From positions 1 to 57,347 of the forward strand of contig JBJKZS010000104.1 in NCBI GenBank assembly GCA_045569115.1: 57,347 nt of DNA, given 5' to 3'. Position numbers and translations under genes: made by a program. Of the stretch, positions 9,534-18,394 are shown piece by piece (positions within the stretch are counted from its first letter, which is position 1; every line of letters begins with the position of its first letter). The notes beneath the pieces were generated by a model. The model did no database searches. It saw nothing but the letters and a program-made list of their open reading frames with translations, and had not been told where the DNA came from. This DNA is from Fidelibacterota bacterium (GTDB lineage Bacteria; Fidelibacterota; Marinisomatia; Marinisomatales; S15-B10).

Positions 9534-11081
9534 TCACTTCAATGTCATTAGAGAACTGACTTGAACAAGTTCAATAATATGAGCAATGGTAGTCTTCATT
9601 ACATTAATCATAGGTGATGGGTAAACTCCAAGGAAAATAACTAAAATCGCCAAAGGTATAATAGTAAAGAGCTCTCGATTGTTGATTTCCTCAAGGTCTG
9701 AATATTTTTCATTAAGTTTACCAAGAAACACCCTTTGATAAGACCAAAGGAAATATGCGGCATTCAGTAGAATCCCAAGAGTCGATATCATAACAATGGT
9801 ACGATAAACAGGAAAAGCACCAAGAAAAACCATCGCTTCGCTAATAAATCCAGAAAGACCTGGCAAGCCAAGACCTGCAAACCAAGCAAGAGCAACTACT
9901 CCAGCATAAATAGGAGTTTTTGAAGCCAAGCCACCAAAACCATCTATATTTCTATGATGAGCTCTATCATAAACAACACCTACTAAAATAAATAGCATAG
10001 CAGTAATAGTTCCATGGTTGAACATCTGTAAAACAGCACCATTCATTCCTAGCTGTGCTGCGGCAGAGTTAAAACCATGCTCGGCACTTGCGGCTACTAC
10101 AGCTGCCATACCAAGCATCACATAGCCCATATGACTTACAGATGAATATGCAACCATCTTTTTCAAATCGGTCTGGGCAAGAGCGCAAAGAGCACCCCAT
10201 ATAACATTAATTAAAGCAAGTACAGCAAGCGCTCCAGCAAACCAAACAGTACCATCAGGAATCATTGGGAAATTTATCCTAAGCATACCATAAGTACCCA
10301 TCTTAAGTAGTACACCTGCTAAAATGACAGAGATGGCAGTAGGAGCCTCAACATGAGCAAGTGGTAGCCAAGTATGGAAAGGGAAAATTGGAACTTTAAT
10401 AGCAAACCCAATAAAAAGTAAAATCCAAACTACTTTAACACCACTAAAACCCCACCAAGAAAGTGTACCTAGAGCTGTTGGAGCAGTTTCTATCAATTCA
10501 ATCATATTAAAGGTTTGACCACAAGTAAAGTATAGAGCCAAAATAGCTATAAGCATAAGAACAGAACCAAAAAGTGTATATAGAAAAAACTTTATAGCAG
10601 CATACTCACGTTGAGGACCACCCCACATTCCAATAAGGAAATACATGGGAAGTAACATTACTTCCCAAAAAATATAAAATAAGAAAAAATCAAGAGAAAG
10701 AAAGACCCCCATCATTCCAGCATCCAGTAAAAGAAACAGTGAAAAGTAACCTTTTGGTGCTTTATCAATTTTCCAGCTTACAAATACACAAAGGAATGAA
10801 AGAAGAGCTGTGAGCGCTACCAAAGGAAGACTTAAACCATCTACTCCTAAAATATAAGATATATTAAAAGATGGGATCCAAGCAGCCTTTTCCATAAACT
10901 GAAAACCAATATGATCCTTATCAAAATTAAACCAGAGAATAGTGGCAAAGACAAGTTGAAGTCCCGTAAATCCTGCAGCCATCCATTTTATTATATTAGA
11001 CTTATCTCTTGGAACAAACACAATTGCAATTGCACCCAATACTGGTAACCAAACTAACAAACTTAAAATACTAAAATCCAT
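9534..11081 (-). CDS. nuoM: NDH-1 subunit M
   Basis: Antiporter-like subunit. The track ORF starts at a GTG inside nuoL (11150); I prefer MDFSILSLLVWLPVLG (residue 24), downstream of the nuoL stop. Confidence 0.92.
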   Translation of the reverse strand: MDFSILSLLVWLPVLGAIAIVFVPRDKSNIIKWMAAGFTGLQLVFATILWFNFDKDHIGFQFMEKAAWIPSFNISYILGVDGLSLPLVALTALLSFLCVFVSWKIDKAPKGYFSLFLLLDAGMMGVFLSLDFFLFYIFWEVMLLPMYFLIGMWGGPQREYAAIKFFLYTLFGSVLMLIAILALYFTCGQTFNMIELIETAPTALGTLSWWGFSGVKVVWILLFIGFAIKVPIFPFHTWLPLAHVEAPTAISVILAGVLLKMGTYGMLRINFPMIPDGTVWFAGALAVLALINVIWGALCALAQTDLKKMVAYSSVSHMGYVMLGMAAVVAASAEHGFNSAAAQLGMNGAVLQMFNHGTITAMLFILVGVVYDRAHHRNIDGFGGLASKTPIYAGVVALAWFAGLGLPGLSGFISEAMVFLGAFPVYRTIVMISTLGILLNAAYFLWSYQRVFLGKLNEKYSDLEEINNRELFTIIPLAILVIFLGVYPSPMINVMKTTIAHIIELVQVSSLMTLK

Positions 11082-11098
11082 CTGATCAAATTCCCTCT

Positions 11099-13147
11099 TT
11101 AAGTTATAGCCTGAAAAACGTAAATAAATATTATGCCAATCAAAACCCACACAAGATAATTTTGGACTTTACCTGTTTGAACATATTTTAGTCCAGAACC
11201 AATAAAATTCGTGCTCTTCCCAACTCCATCAACAATTTTTTGGTCAAGTAAATTGTAATCCCAGCGAATACCAACAACACGTGAAAATCTTTCAGTAATT
11301 TTAGCTAAACCATTGACGATATACTTATCATAAAGATCCCAATCAACAAACGCTATAGCCTTTGATAATACTATAGAAGGATTAATAAGATAACGTTGGT
11401 ATATCTCATCCACAAAAAACTTGTTGAGAGAAAGTTTATATAGCATTGGTATTCTACTAGCGAATTTATTAGGTGAAATGTTTTTCTTGAAATACATCAG
11501 AAAAGCCAACCCAATTCCTGTAAATGCAATTAAAATAGAAAGAATCATAGCTAAACTATGGGAATGATGCATTCCTTCAGCTATCTCAAGAGATGTGGGA
11601 TTAAGACTACCTGGAACAATCGAATCCTTTGCTTTAATCAAGCTAGTAAACCAGCCATGATCTGAAAATGGATTAATATTAGGCAATGTGAAAAACATGA
11701 AAAAAGAAAGTGATGTTAACGTTATGAGTGGTACTGTCATAGTTGTAGGTGATTCATGTAAATTATTATAAACCTCCTTATTTGCTGGTTTACCAAAGAA
11801 CGTTAAAAAAATTAATCTAAACATATAAAAAGCAGTTAAAAACGCAGCGCCAAAGCCACAAATGGTTAAAAGAAAATGCTGGGGATGATGCATTGTAAAT
11901 GCAAGAGTCCCAGCTAAAATAGCATCTTTTGATAAAAATCCGGAAGTTAATGGTACACCAGATAGAGCAATAGTACAAATTAGCATGGTTATATAAGTGA
12001 CTCTCATCTTATCTTTTATGCCCCCCATATTTCTCATATCTTGAGGATCAGATTTATGATCTTCAATTTTATGATAAGCATGATGCATAGCATGAATTAC
12101 ACTTCCACTGCATAAAAATAATCCTGCTTTAAAGGCGGCATGTGTGACTAGATGGAAAAGACCGTAAGTATAAGCTCCAACCCCAATAGCTAAAACCATA
12201 TATCCAAGTTGACTTACTGTTGAATAAGCTAAAACTTTTTTAATATCATTTTGACTTACAGCAATAATTGCTGCAAACAATGCAGTAAATCCACCAATAT
12301 AGGCAATAACAGTTAAAGCTGTAGGAGTAAAAATAGGAAAAAGCCTAAAGGCGAAATATACACCAGCAGCAACCATAGTCGCCGCATGAATAAGAGCACT
12401 AACTGGTGTAGGCCCTTCCATAGCATCAGGTAACCAAACATGTAAAGGGAACTGAGCAGATTTTCCAATTGCACCAGCAAAAAGGCATAATCCCGCTATA
12501 GTCAACAGTTCAGTTGAAAAAAGACTACTCTCAACACCTAAAAAGATGTCCTTAAATAGAAATGAGCCTGTAGCGCTAAAGAAAATCATAATTCCGATAA
12601 ACATGCCTATATCACCTACACGATTAACCAGAAAAGCTTTTTTTGCAGCATTTGAGGCAGATTCTTTCTCAAACCAAAACCCGATTAGAAGATATGAACT
12701 CAGCCCTACTAGCTCCCAAAACATATAGATGCCAAGGAGATTATTAGCAAGGATGATACCATTCATTGAAAAAGTGAATAGTGATAGGAATGCAAAATAC
12801 CTAGAGTAACGCGGATCTCCCTCCATATAGGATGTTGAATAAATTTGAACTAGACTTGAAACCAATGAAACGACAAGTAGCATCAAAATCGTTATATTAT
12901 CAATAAGGATACCTAATTTTACGGTAAGTGAGCCAGTATCAAACCATATCCAAGATTTATCTATGGAAAAATTAGGGTCATACTTTACTAACATCACACC
13001 AAACATTGACAACGAAAGGCATAAAGTAATTGCTACAGCTCCAATAGAAACCCAATCTCCTTTACGTGGCAATCTCTTTCCAATAAAAATCTGTACTATG
13101 AAAGATAATAGAGGAAGGATAAGAATTGTAATTGCGTAATTTATCAT
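11099..13147 (-). CDS. nuoL: NDH-1 subunit L
   Basis: 682-aa antiporter-like subunit with the long C-terminal extension typical of NuoL. Confidence 0.94.
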   Translation of the reverse strand: MINYAITILILPLLSFIVQIFIGKRLPRKGDWVSIGAVAITLCLSLSMFGVMLVKYDPNFSIDKSWIWFDTGSLTVKLGILIDNITILMLLVVSLVSSLVQIYSTSYMEGDPRYSRYFAFLSLFTFSMNGIILANNLLGIYMFWELVGLSSYLLIGFWFEKESASNAAKKAFLVNRVGDIGMFIGIMIFFSATGSFLFKDIFLGVESSLFSTELLTIAGLCLFAGAIGKSAQFPLHVWLPDAMEGPTPVSALIHAATMVAAGVYFAFRLFPIFTPTALTVIAYIGGFTALFAAIIAVSQNDIKKVLAYSTVSQLGYMVLAIGVGAYTYGLFHLVTHAAFKAGLFLCSGSVIHAMHHAYHKIEDHKSDPQDMRNMGGIKDKMRVTYITMLICTIALSGVPLTSGFLSKDAILAGTLAFTMHHPQHFLLTICGFGAAFLTAFYMFRLIFLTFFGKPANKEVYNNLHESPTTMTVPLITLTSLSFFMFFTLPNINPFSDHGWFTSLIKAKDSIVPGSLNPTSLEIAEGMHHSHSLAMILSILIAFTGIGLAFLMYFKKNISPNKFASRIPMLYKLSLNKFFVDEIYQRYLINPSIVLSKAIAFVDWDLYDKYIVNGLAKITERFSRVVGIRWDYNLLDQKIVDGVGKSTNFIGSGLKYVQTGKVQNYLVWVLIGIIFIYVFQAIT

Positions 13148-13452
13148 TACTGTTTTAGTTGATTGGCTTCATCAATATTCACTGTACCCAAATTGTTAAA
13201 AATATTTAATATTATCGCTAATGCAACAGCAGCTTCAGCTGCTGCAAGTATTATTACAAAAAGAGAAAAAACATGACCAGAAAAATCCATGCCGCCAAAC
13301 CTAGCAAAGGCAACAAAGTTTATATTTGCAGCATTAAGGATGAGCTCTACACTCATAAGAACCGCGACACCATTACGCCTTGTTATAACACCAAACAGGC
13401 CTAAAGAGAAAAGTATAGCCGAAATGATCAAATATGAACTCAAGCTAGGCAT
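13147..13452 (-). CDS. nuoK: NDH-1 subunit K
   Basis: 101-aa protein with three TM helices. It has 1-nt overlaps with both neighbours. Confidence 0.93.
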   Translation of the reverse strand: MPSLSSYLIISAILFSLGLFGVITRRNGVAVLMSVELILNAANINFVAFARFGGMDFSGHVFSLFVIILAAAEAAVALAIILNIFNNLGTVNIDEANQLKQ

Positions 13453-13946
13453 TAATCAATCTTCCGTGATAAAAGAGCCGCACCCATTAATGCCGCTAAT
13501 AAAAGTATTGATGCAACCTCAAAAGCGAGAAGATAATCAACCATTAATAGCATTCCAATTTGCCTGATTGTTTCATCTGGTTCAACTGCAGAAGCGGAGT
13601 ACCAAGTTGTTTTTGAAATCATTGAAAAAAGACCCAAAAAAATGATTGCAACGACAGCTCCACCAGCTCCCCTCTGAATGGAAGAATGAGATAATTCTAC
13701 ATCTGTTATCCTATGAGTAAGCATAATTCCAAAAATAATTAGGACTAGAATTCCCCCAACATAAATAAGTACCTGAGTGACAGCGATAAAATCAGCCCAT
13801 AGAAAAATATACAAACCAGCTACTCCTAAAAGAGCAAAGAGTAAAGCTATAGCTGAATAAATCAAATTCTTTGAAATAACAACTGCAGCAGATGAGACAA
13901 TAGTTAATAGAGCCACTATTGCAAAAATGAAGAATTCTCCTGTCAT
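13452..13946 (-). CDS. nuoJ: NDH-1 subunit J
   Basis: 164-aa membrane subunit in the conserved position. Confidence 0.9.
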   Translation of the reverse strand: MTGEFFIFAIVALLTIVSSAAVVISKNLIYSAIALLFALLGVAGLYIFLWADFIAVTQVLIYVGGILVLIIFGIMLTHRITDVELSHSSIQRGAGGAVVAIIFLGLFSMISKTTWYSASAVEPDETIRQIGMLLMVDYLLAFEVASILLLAALMGAALLSRKID

Positions 13947-14539
13947 TAAGCTTTCTTTTCCACCTCTTCTACTTTTTCATTAGAGTCAGAAATATAATTT
14001 TGAAGCACATCTCCAGGAACCTGAGAAAAACGATATACCATATCATTTCTATCATATTCAGAAAATTCATAATCTATTTCGCGCCGGCTAGAATTTGGTC
14101 CACCTACCATAAAAATACACTCTTCAGGACAAGGATAGACGCATAAATTACAGTAGCAACATTCAGTCATATCAATATCAAACCTAGTCACTAATAAACG
14201 TTTTTGAGTTCCATGGGATGTCACACCACGATGATTTGCCTCTAGTATGTCTTCACCTTTATCAACTTTATGGGTCTCAATCTTTATGCAATCAACAGGG
14301 CAAGCCCTCTCACATTTAAGACATCCTATACAATCATCCATATCAACAGTTAAGCGCGATCGGATAAGATTATAACTATCAGCACTAAAACCAATTTTTC
14401 TTTCCGGCCGGGGCCATCTCTCAACAGGATATTGTAAAGTTACATTACCTCTTCGAATCTTGAACATATGCCCAATAGTAACTTTCATTCCAATAGCTAA
14501 AGTTGAAAGTGATTCCCAAACATTTCCCATATAGCTCAT
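13946..14539 (-). CDS. nuoI: NDH-1 subunit I (2x[4Fe-4S] ferredoxin)
   Basis: Two CxxCxxCxxxCP motifs are present (CIGCLKCERACP and CCYCNLCVYPCP). Confidence 0.94.
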   Translation of the reverse strand: MSYMGNVWESLSTLAIGMKVTIGHMFKIRRGNVTLQYPVERWPRPERKIGFSADSYNLIRSRLTVDMDDCIGCLKCERACPVDCIKIETHKVDKGEDILEANHRGVTSHGTQKRLLVTRFDIDMTECCYCNLCVYPCPEECIFMVGGPNSSRREIDYEFSEYDRNDMVYRFSQVPGDVLQNYISDSNEKVEEVEKKA

Positions 14540-14543
14540 TGAT

Positions 14544-15626
14544 TCACCTCAAAAATAAATCCCAAAATCCAGCACCCAAAACAGCAATAAAAGATGCTGG
14601 CATAAAGAATTTCCAGCATAATCTCATAAGTTGATCAGTACGCAGGCGAGGAAATGTCCAGCGAAACCACATCATTACAAAAATCAGGAAGGTTGCTTTA
14701 GAAACAAACCAAAAAATACCCCACAAATCTCCTTCAAAATAACCGGGGATTGGACTTAGCCAACCACCTAAAAATGCAAGAGATGCCACTCCAGCAACAA
14801 TAAACATATTTGCATATTCTGTCAAAAAGAAAAAAGACCACCTCATTCCAGAGTATTCAGTGTGAAAACCAGCTACTAATTCAGATTCAGCTTCAGGAAG
14901 ATCGAAAGGTGTTCTGTTAACCTCGGCAATCCCAGCAATAAAAAAGAGCCAAAATGCAAAAAATGTGAATGGGCTGTCAAAAATAAACCAATTTGGAAAT
15001 ATAAAAAAGGCCGTTCCAGTTTGAGCTGCAACTATATCCTTAAAAGCAAGGCTTCCAGAAAGCATTATTGCTGGAAGGAGTGAAAGCCCCGCGGGAATTT
15101 CATAACTTACAATTTGTGCTGCTGAACGCATTGCCCCATATAACGACCACTTATTATTGGAACTATATCCCGCTAGAATAACTCCGATTACACCAACCGA
15201 ACCCATTGCTAGAACGTAGAATATCCCAAGATTGAAGTCAGCTGCTACTAATTTTTCATTAAAAGGGAGTCCAGCAAATGCAACAAAAGAACCCACAAAT
15301 ATAATAAAAGGAGCTAGAACAAATAGCTTTCTATCAGCACTAGCAGGTATAATATCTTCCTTAGTTAACAACTTAACCGCATCAGCCGCTGTCTGAAGCA
15401 AACCCCACTTACCAGCATGGAGTCCAACTCCTTGACCCATTGGACCAATACGATCCTGCATAAAAGCCGAAACTTTTCTTTCCGCATAGACCGCTACGAG
15501 AGCATTTACTGCCATAAATAGGAAAATTGGGAGGCCCGCTAGAGTAGCAGCAAGTATGAATGAGAGGGTTGGTGATGAAGATAACCACGGAACCTTATCA
15601 AAAGTTTCAAGGAAAAAGTCTACCAT
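14544..15626 (-). CDS. nuoH: NDH-1 subunit H
   Basis: 360-aa polytopic protein with the TEYSGMRWSFFFLTEYANM motif typical of NuoH/ND1. Confidence 0.95.
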   Translation of the reverse strand: MVDFFLETFDKVPWLSSSPTLSFILAATLAGLPIFLFMAVNALVAVYAERKVSAFMQDRIGPMGQGVGLHAGKWGLLQTAADAVKLLTKEDIIPASADRKLFVLAPFIIFVGSFVAFAGLPFNEKLVAADFNLGIFYVLAMGSVGVIGVILAGYSSNNKWSLYGAMRSAAQIVSYEIPAGLSLLPAIMLSGSLAFKDIVAAQTGTAFFIFPNWFIFDSPFTFFAFWLFFIAGIAEVNRTPFDLPEAESELVAGFHTEYSGMRWSFFFLTEYANMFIVAGVASLAFLGGWLSPIPGYFEGDLWGIFWFVSKATFLIFVMMWFRWTFPRLRTDQLMRLCWKFFMPASFIAVLGAGFWDLFLR

Positions 15627-16762
15627 CAGCGATCAATTTCTCCTAAGACAATGTCAAGTGAGCCTAAGATCGCAATAACATCTGATATCATCCAACCCCT
15701 TGCTATTTCATCTAGACAACTAAGGGCGGTAAAAGCAGGCGATCTCATTTTAAGACGCGTAGGAGTATCACTTCCATCACTTACAACATAAAACCCAAGA
15801 TCGCCACGAGGACTTTCAGATCGACTATAGATACGACCAGCTTTAGGTCTGATTTTTTTTGGCAAAGAGGCATGAACATCTCCATCTCTAGGCATTGCAT
15901 CTAAGGCTTGACGGACTATTTTTACACTCTCCTCTAATTCTCTCATCCTTACATAATATCTATCCCAGCAGTCACCTACCGACCCCATAGCACCAGTACC
16001 AATTGGAATATCAAAATCGAACTTATCATATATCCCATAAGATTCATCTTTCCTTAGATCCCAGCGGATTCCTGAACCTCGAAGATTAGGTCCTGTCACA
16101 CCATAACTAATAGCAACCTCAGGCGTGATAACCCCAACATCAGCTGTACGTTCAATAAAAATCTTATTATAGGTTAGCAATTCATTATACTCAGAAATTT
16201 TAGGCTCAAAATAGTCTAGAAACTCATATGTCTTTTCAACCCATCCGATTGGAAAATCATGAGAAACGCCCCCTATCCAAATATAGTTGTAAAGAAGCCG
16301 AGCACCACAGAGCATCTCAAAAAGGTCTAAAATTCTTTCTCGATCCCGAAAGCAATAAAGAAAGGGCGTAAAAGCTCCTACATCTAACCCAAAAACTCCA
16401 ATAGCTAAAAGATGGCTTGCAATTCTATTCATCTCAGATACGATTATTCGTATATGTTCAACTTTGTCCGATACTTTTATTTCCATCAACTGCTCAATAG
16501 CCAATGCATAACCAAAATTATTATTCATAGAACCAATATAATCACATCTATCTGTGTAAGGGATAGCTTGTTCATAGGTAAGATTTTCACAATGTTTTTC
16601 GAAACAACGATGGAGATAACCCATATAAGGAGTGATTTCGGTTATTATCTCCCCATCTGTCTTGACTTTGAGCCTAAGCACTCCATGCGTACTAGGATGT
16701 TGAGGACCTATATTAAGGGTCATCTCTTCTCCATGAATCCGACCCAGTTCTTTTCCCGGCAT
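15626..16762 (-). CDS. nuoD: NDH-1 subunit D
   Basis: Contains the NIGPQHPSTHGVLRL motif. Start placed at the ATG at 16762 (TAATG overlap with the nuoC stop); the track start is 16771. Confidence 0.95.
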   Translation of the reverse strand: MPGKELGRIHGEEMTLNIGPQHPSTHGVLRLKVKTDGEIITEITPYMGYLHRCFEKHCENLTYEQAIPYTDRCDYIGSMNNNFGYALAIEQLMEIKVSDKVEHIRIIVSEMNRIASHLLAIGVFGLDVGAFTPFLYCFRDRERILDLFEMLCGARLLYNYIWIGGVSHDFPIGWVEKTYEFLDYFEPKISEYNELLTYNKIFIERTADVGVITPEVAISYGVTGPNLRGSGIRWDLRKDESYGIYDKFDFDIPIGTGAMGSVGDCWDRYYVRMRELEESVKIVRQALDAMPRDGDVHASLPKKIRPKAGRIYSRSESPRGDLGFYVVSDGSDTPTRLKMRSPAFTALSCLDEIARGWMISDVIAILGSLDIVLGEIDR

Positions 16763-17262
16763 TACTCCCATCCTTCCTTCATCTTATCAACAACAATCCC
16801 ATGATAAGTTTCTGGAAACTTATAATCCTTTCTAAGAGGGAATCCCTCCCAATCACTTGGAAGAAGAATCCTTCTTAGATCTCTATGACCTTCAAATTCT
16901 ATACCATACATATCATATATCTCTCGTTCGAACCAATCTGCAATACGCCATATCTGTTCAACTGATGGTACTTTGGGTTCACTCTTTGGCACCTGGATAT
17001 AGACCTCAATTTTATGTTTGTATTTCATGGAATGAAGATTATACATAACAGCAAGATACTCGCTTTCAATTCCTTCATCAATACCAGTTATACACATCAT
17101 AGCATCAAAAAGAAGCTGTTCATCTTCTCTAAGAAAAGAAGCAAGCCTATTCCAATTTTGAGCGGAGACCTTTACCGTTTCAGGTGGAAGTTCTTCATCA
17201 ATGATCAGAAAATCTTTACCTAAACTATTATTTAAATATTCTAAAATTCCCGGAAAGTCCAT
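16762..17262 (-). CDS. nuoC: NDH-1 subunit C
   Basis: 166 aa with ..WFEREIYDMYGIEFEGHRDLRRIL.., the 30-kDa subunit signature. Confidence 0.94.
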   Translation of the reverse strand: MDFPGILEYLNNSLGKDFLIIDEELPPETVKVSAQNWNRLASFLREDEQLLFDAMMCITGIDEGIESEYLAVMYNLHSMKYKHKIEVYIQVPKSEPKVPSVEQIWRIADWFEREIYDMYGIEFEGHRDLRRILLPSDWEGFPLRKDYKFPETYHGIVVDKMKEGWE

Positions 17263-17274
17263 TGTTTATACCAG

Positions 17275-17727
17275 TTAAGCCTTAGACTCCTGATGAGTAT
17301 CTATTTTGTGTGTGGAGTCTTTAGGAATCGAAAGTTTTCTGTAACGACCTTTACCATATGGAACAGAAATTTTCACCCATTCCAAGTCACCCTTTATCCA
17401 AACATAAGCCAAGCCAATAGCTAGCACTCCAATAAAAATCAACATCTCAATAAAAGCAAAAAGTCCAAGTTCTTTATAGACAACAGCCCAAGGGAAAAGA
17501 AAAACAACCTCAACATCAAAAATGATAAATATCAAAGCAACGACATAAAACCGGATATTAAACTTGACCCAGGCTGGACCTTCGACATCTTCTCCACATT
17601 CATAAGTTGACATCTTATCCAGTGTCTTACGCCGTGGAGCTAGTATGCGCTGAATTAAAAGAGGTGCAGCCACAAGCAGAATGCCAATGAACACAAAAAT
17701 AAAAGATGTACCGAAATCTCTATACAT
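17275..17727 (-). CDS. nuoA: NDH-1 subunit A
   Basis: Contains [34 protein letters not shown], the NuoA/ND3 signature. Start moved to MYRDFGTS (17727); the track start is 17784. Confidence 0.92.
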   Translation of the reverse strand: MYRDFGTSFIFVFIGILLVAAPLLIQRILAPRRKTLDKMSTYECGEDVEGPAWVKFNIRFYVVALIFIIFDVEVVFLFPWAVVYKELGLFAFIEMLIFIGVLAIGLAYVWIKGDLEWVKISVPYGKGRYRKLSIPKDSTHKIDTHQESKA

Positions 17728-17956
17728 AGTTATTTTATTCTCGTAACAATCATTGAATTTATTGTTACCCTTCAGGCGATGCAAGGCAATTTCAGTCAGA
17801 AAAGATCTATTTTATAACTTCCCTGTGTTTTTTTTTGCTTTTGATTGTGAAACAATTTGATGAACCTATCACTTCAACTAAATTGTTGCCTATTTATGAG
17901 ATTGCTTAATTATTTGCTGAATACTATCGTAGACTACTTATATATATTAGTTTTAT

Positions 17957-18394
17957 ATGGATTGCAAAATGGGTGAATCTTCAAATATAAATAAAATTTT
18001 TAGGATGAAAACAATTGCCGTTATTGGTATGAGTCCTAATCCTAATCGACCTAGTCATTATGTTGCCTTATATCTAAGAGATCAAGGCTACAAAATTGTT
18101 CCAGTAAATCCTAATTGCATTGAAATAGCTGGAGAAATCTGTTTCCCATCAATTAAACAGATTCCTTTTCAAGTGGATATTGTTGAAGTTTTTCGTCGTT
18201 CAGAGTATATATATCCAATTGCTGAAGATGCGATAGAAATCTCAGCAAAAGTACTCTGGCTTCAAGATACGGTAATCAATGAAAAAGCAGCTAATTTAGC
18301 AAAGAAGGCCGGCCTACTTGTAGTAATGAATGACTGCATGATGAGAAGACATTATCAATTAATTAAACTATCTGTTTTAAAAGGAATGAATTAA
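17957..18394 (+). CDS. CoA-binding domain protein (YccU/YneT-like)
   Basis: Has KTIAVIGMSPNPNRPSHYVALYLRDQGYKIVPVNPN, a Rossmann-like CoA-binding fold signature. An alternative start at 18005 is possible. Confidence 0.75.
   Translation: MDCKMGESSNINKIFRMKTIAVIGMSPNPNRPSHYVALYLRDQGYKIVPVNPNCIEIAGEICFPSIKQIPFQVDIVEVFRRSEYIYPIAEDAIEISAKVLWLQDTVINEKAANLAKKAGLLVVMNDCMMRRHYQLIKLSVLKGMN

Noticed and set aside
17275-17385. The C-terminal roughly 35-aa basic tail of NuoA (..[33 protein letters not shown]), considered as a possible remnant or fusion of the missing NuoB.
   Set aside because: It has no Cys residues or NuoB motifs, and tails of similar length occur after the GxLxW motif in other NuoA proteins such as E. 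coli NuoA. It is not evidence of a degraded nuoB.
17851-17887. 8-bp inverted repeat AACAATTT(17851-17858)/AAATTGTT(17880-17887) in the nuoA / CoA-binding-gene divergent region, considered as a possible operator.
   Set aside because: It is short, wholly A/T-rich apart from one C/G pair, and has a 21-nt spacer. Such repeats are expected by chance in roughly 230 nt of AT-rich DNA, and there is no second copy elsewhere in the window.
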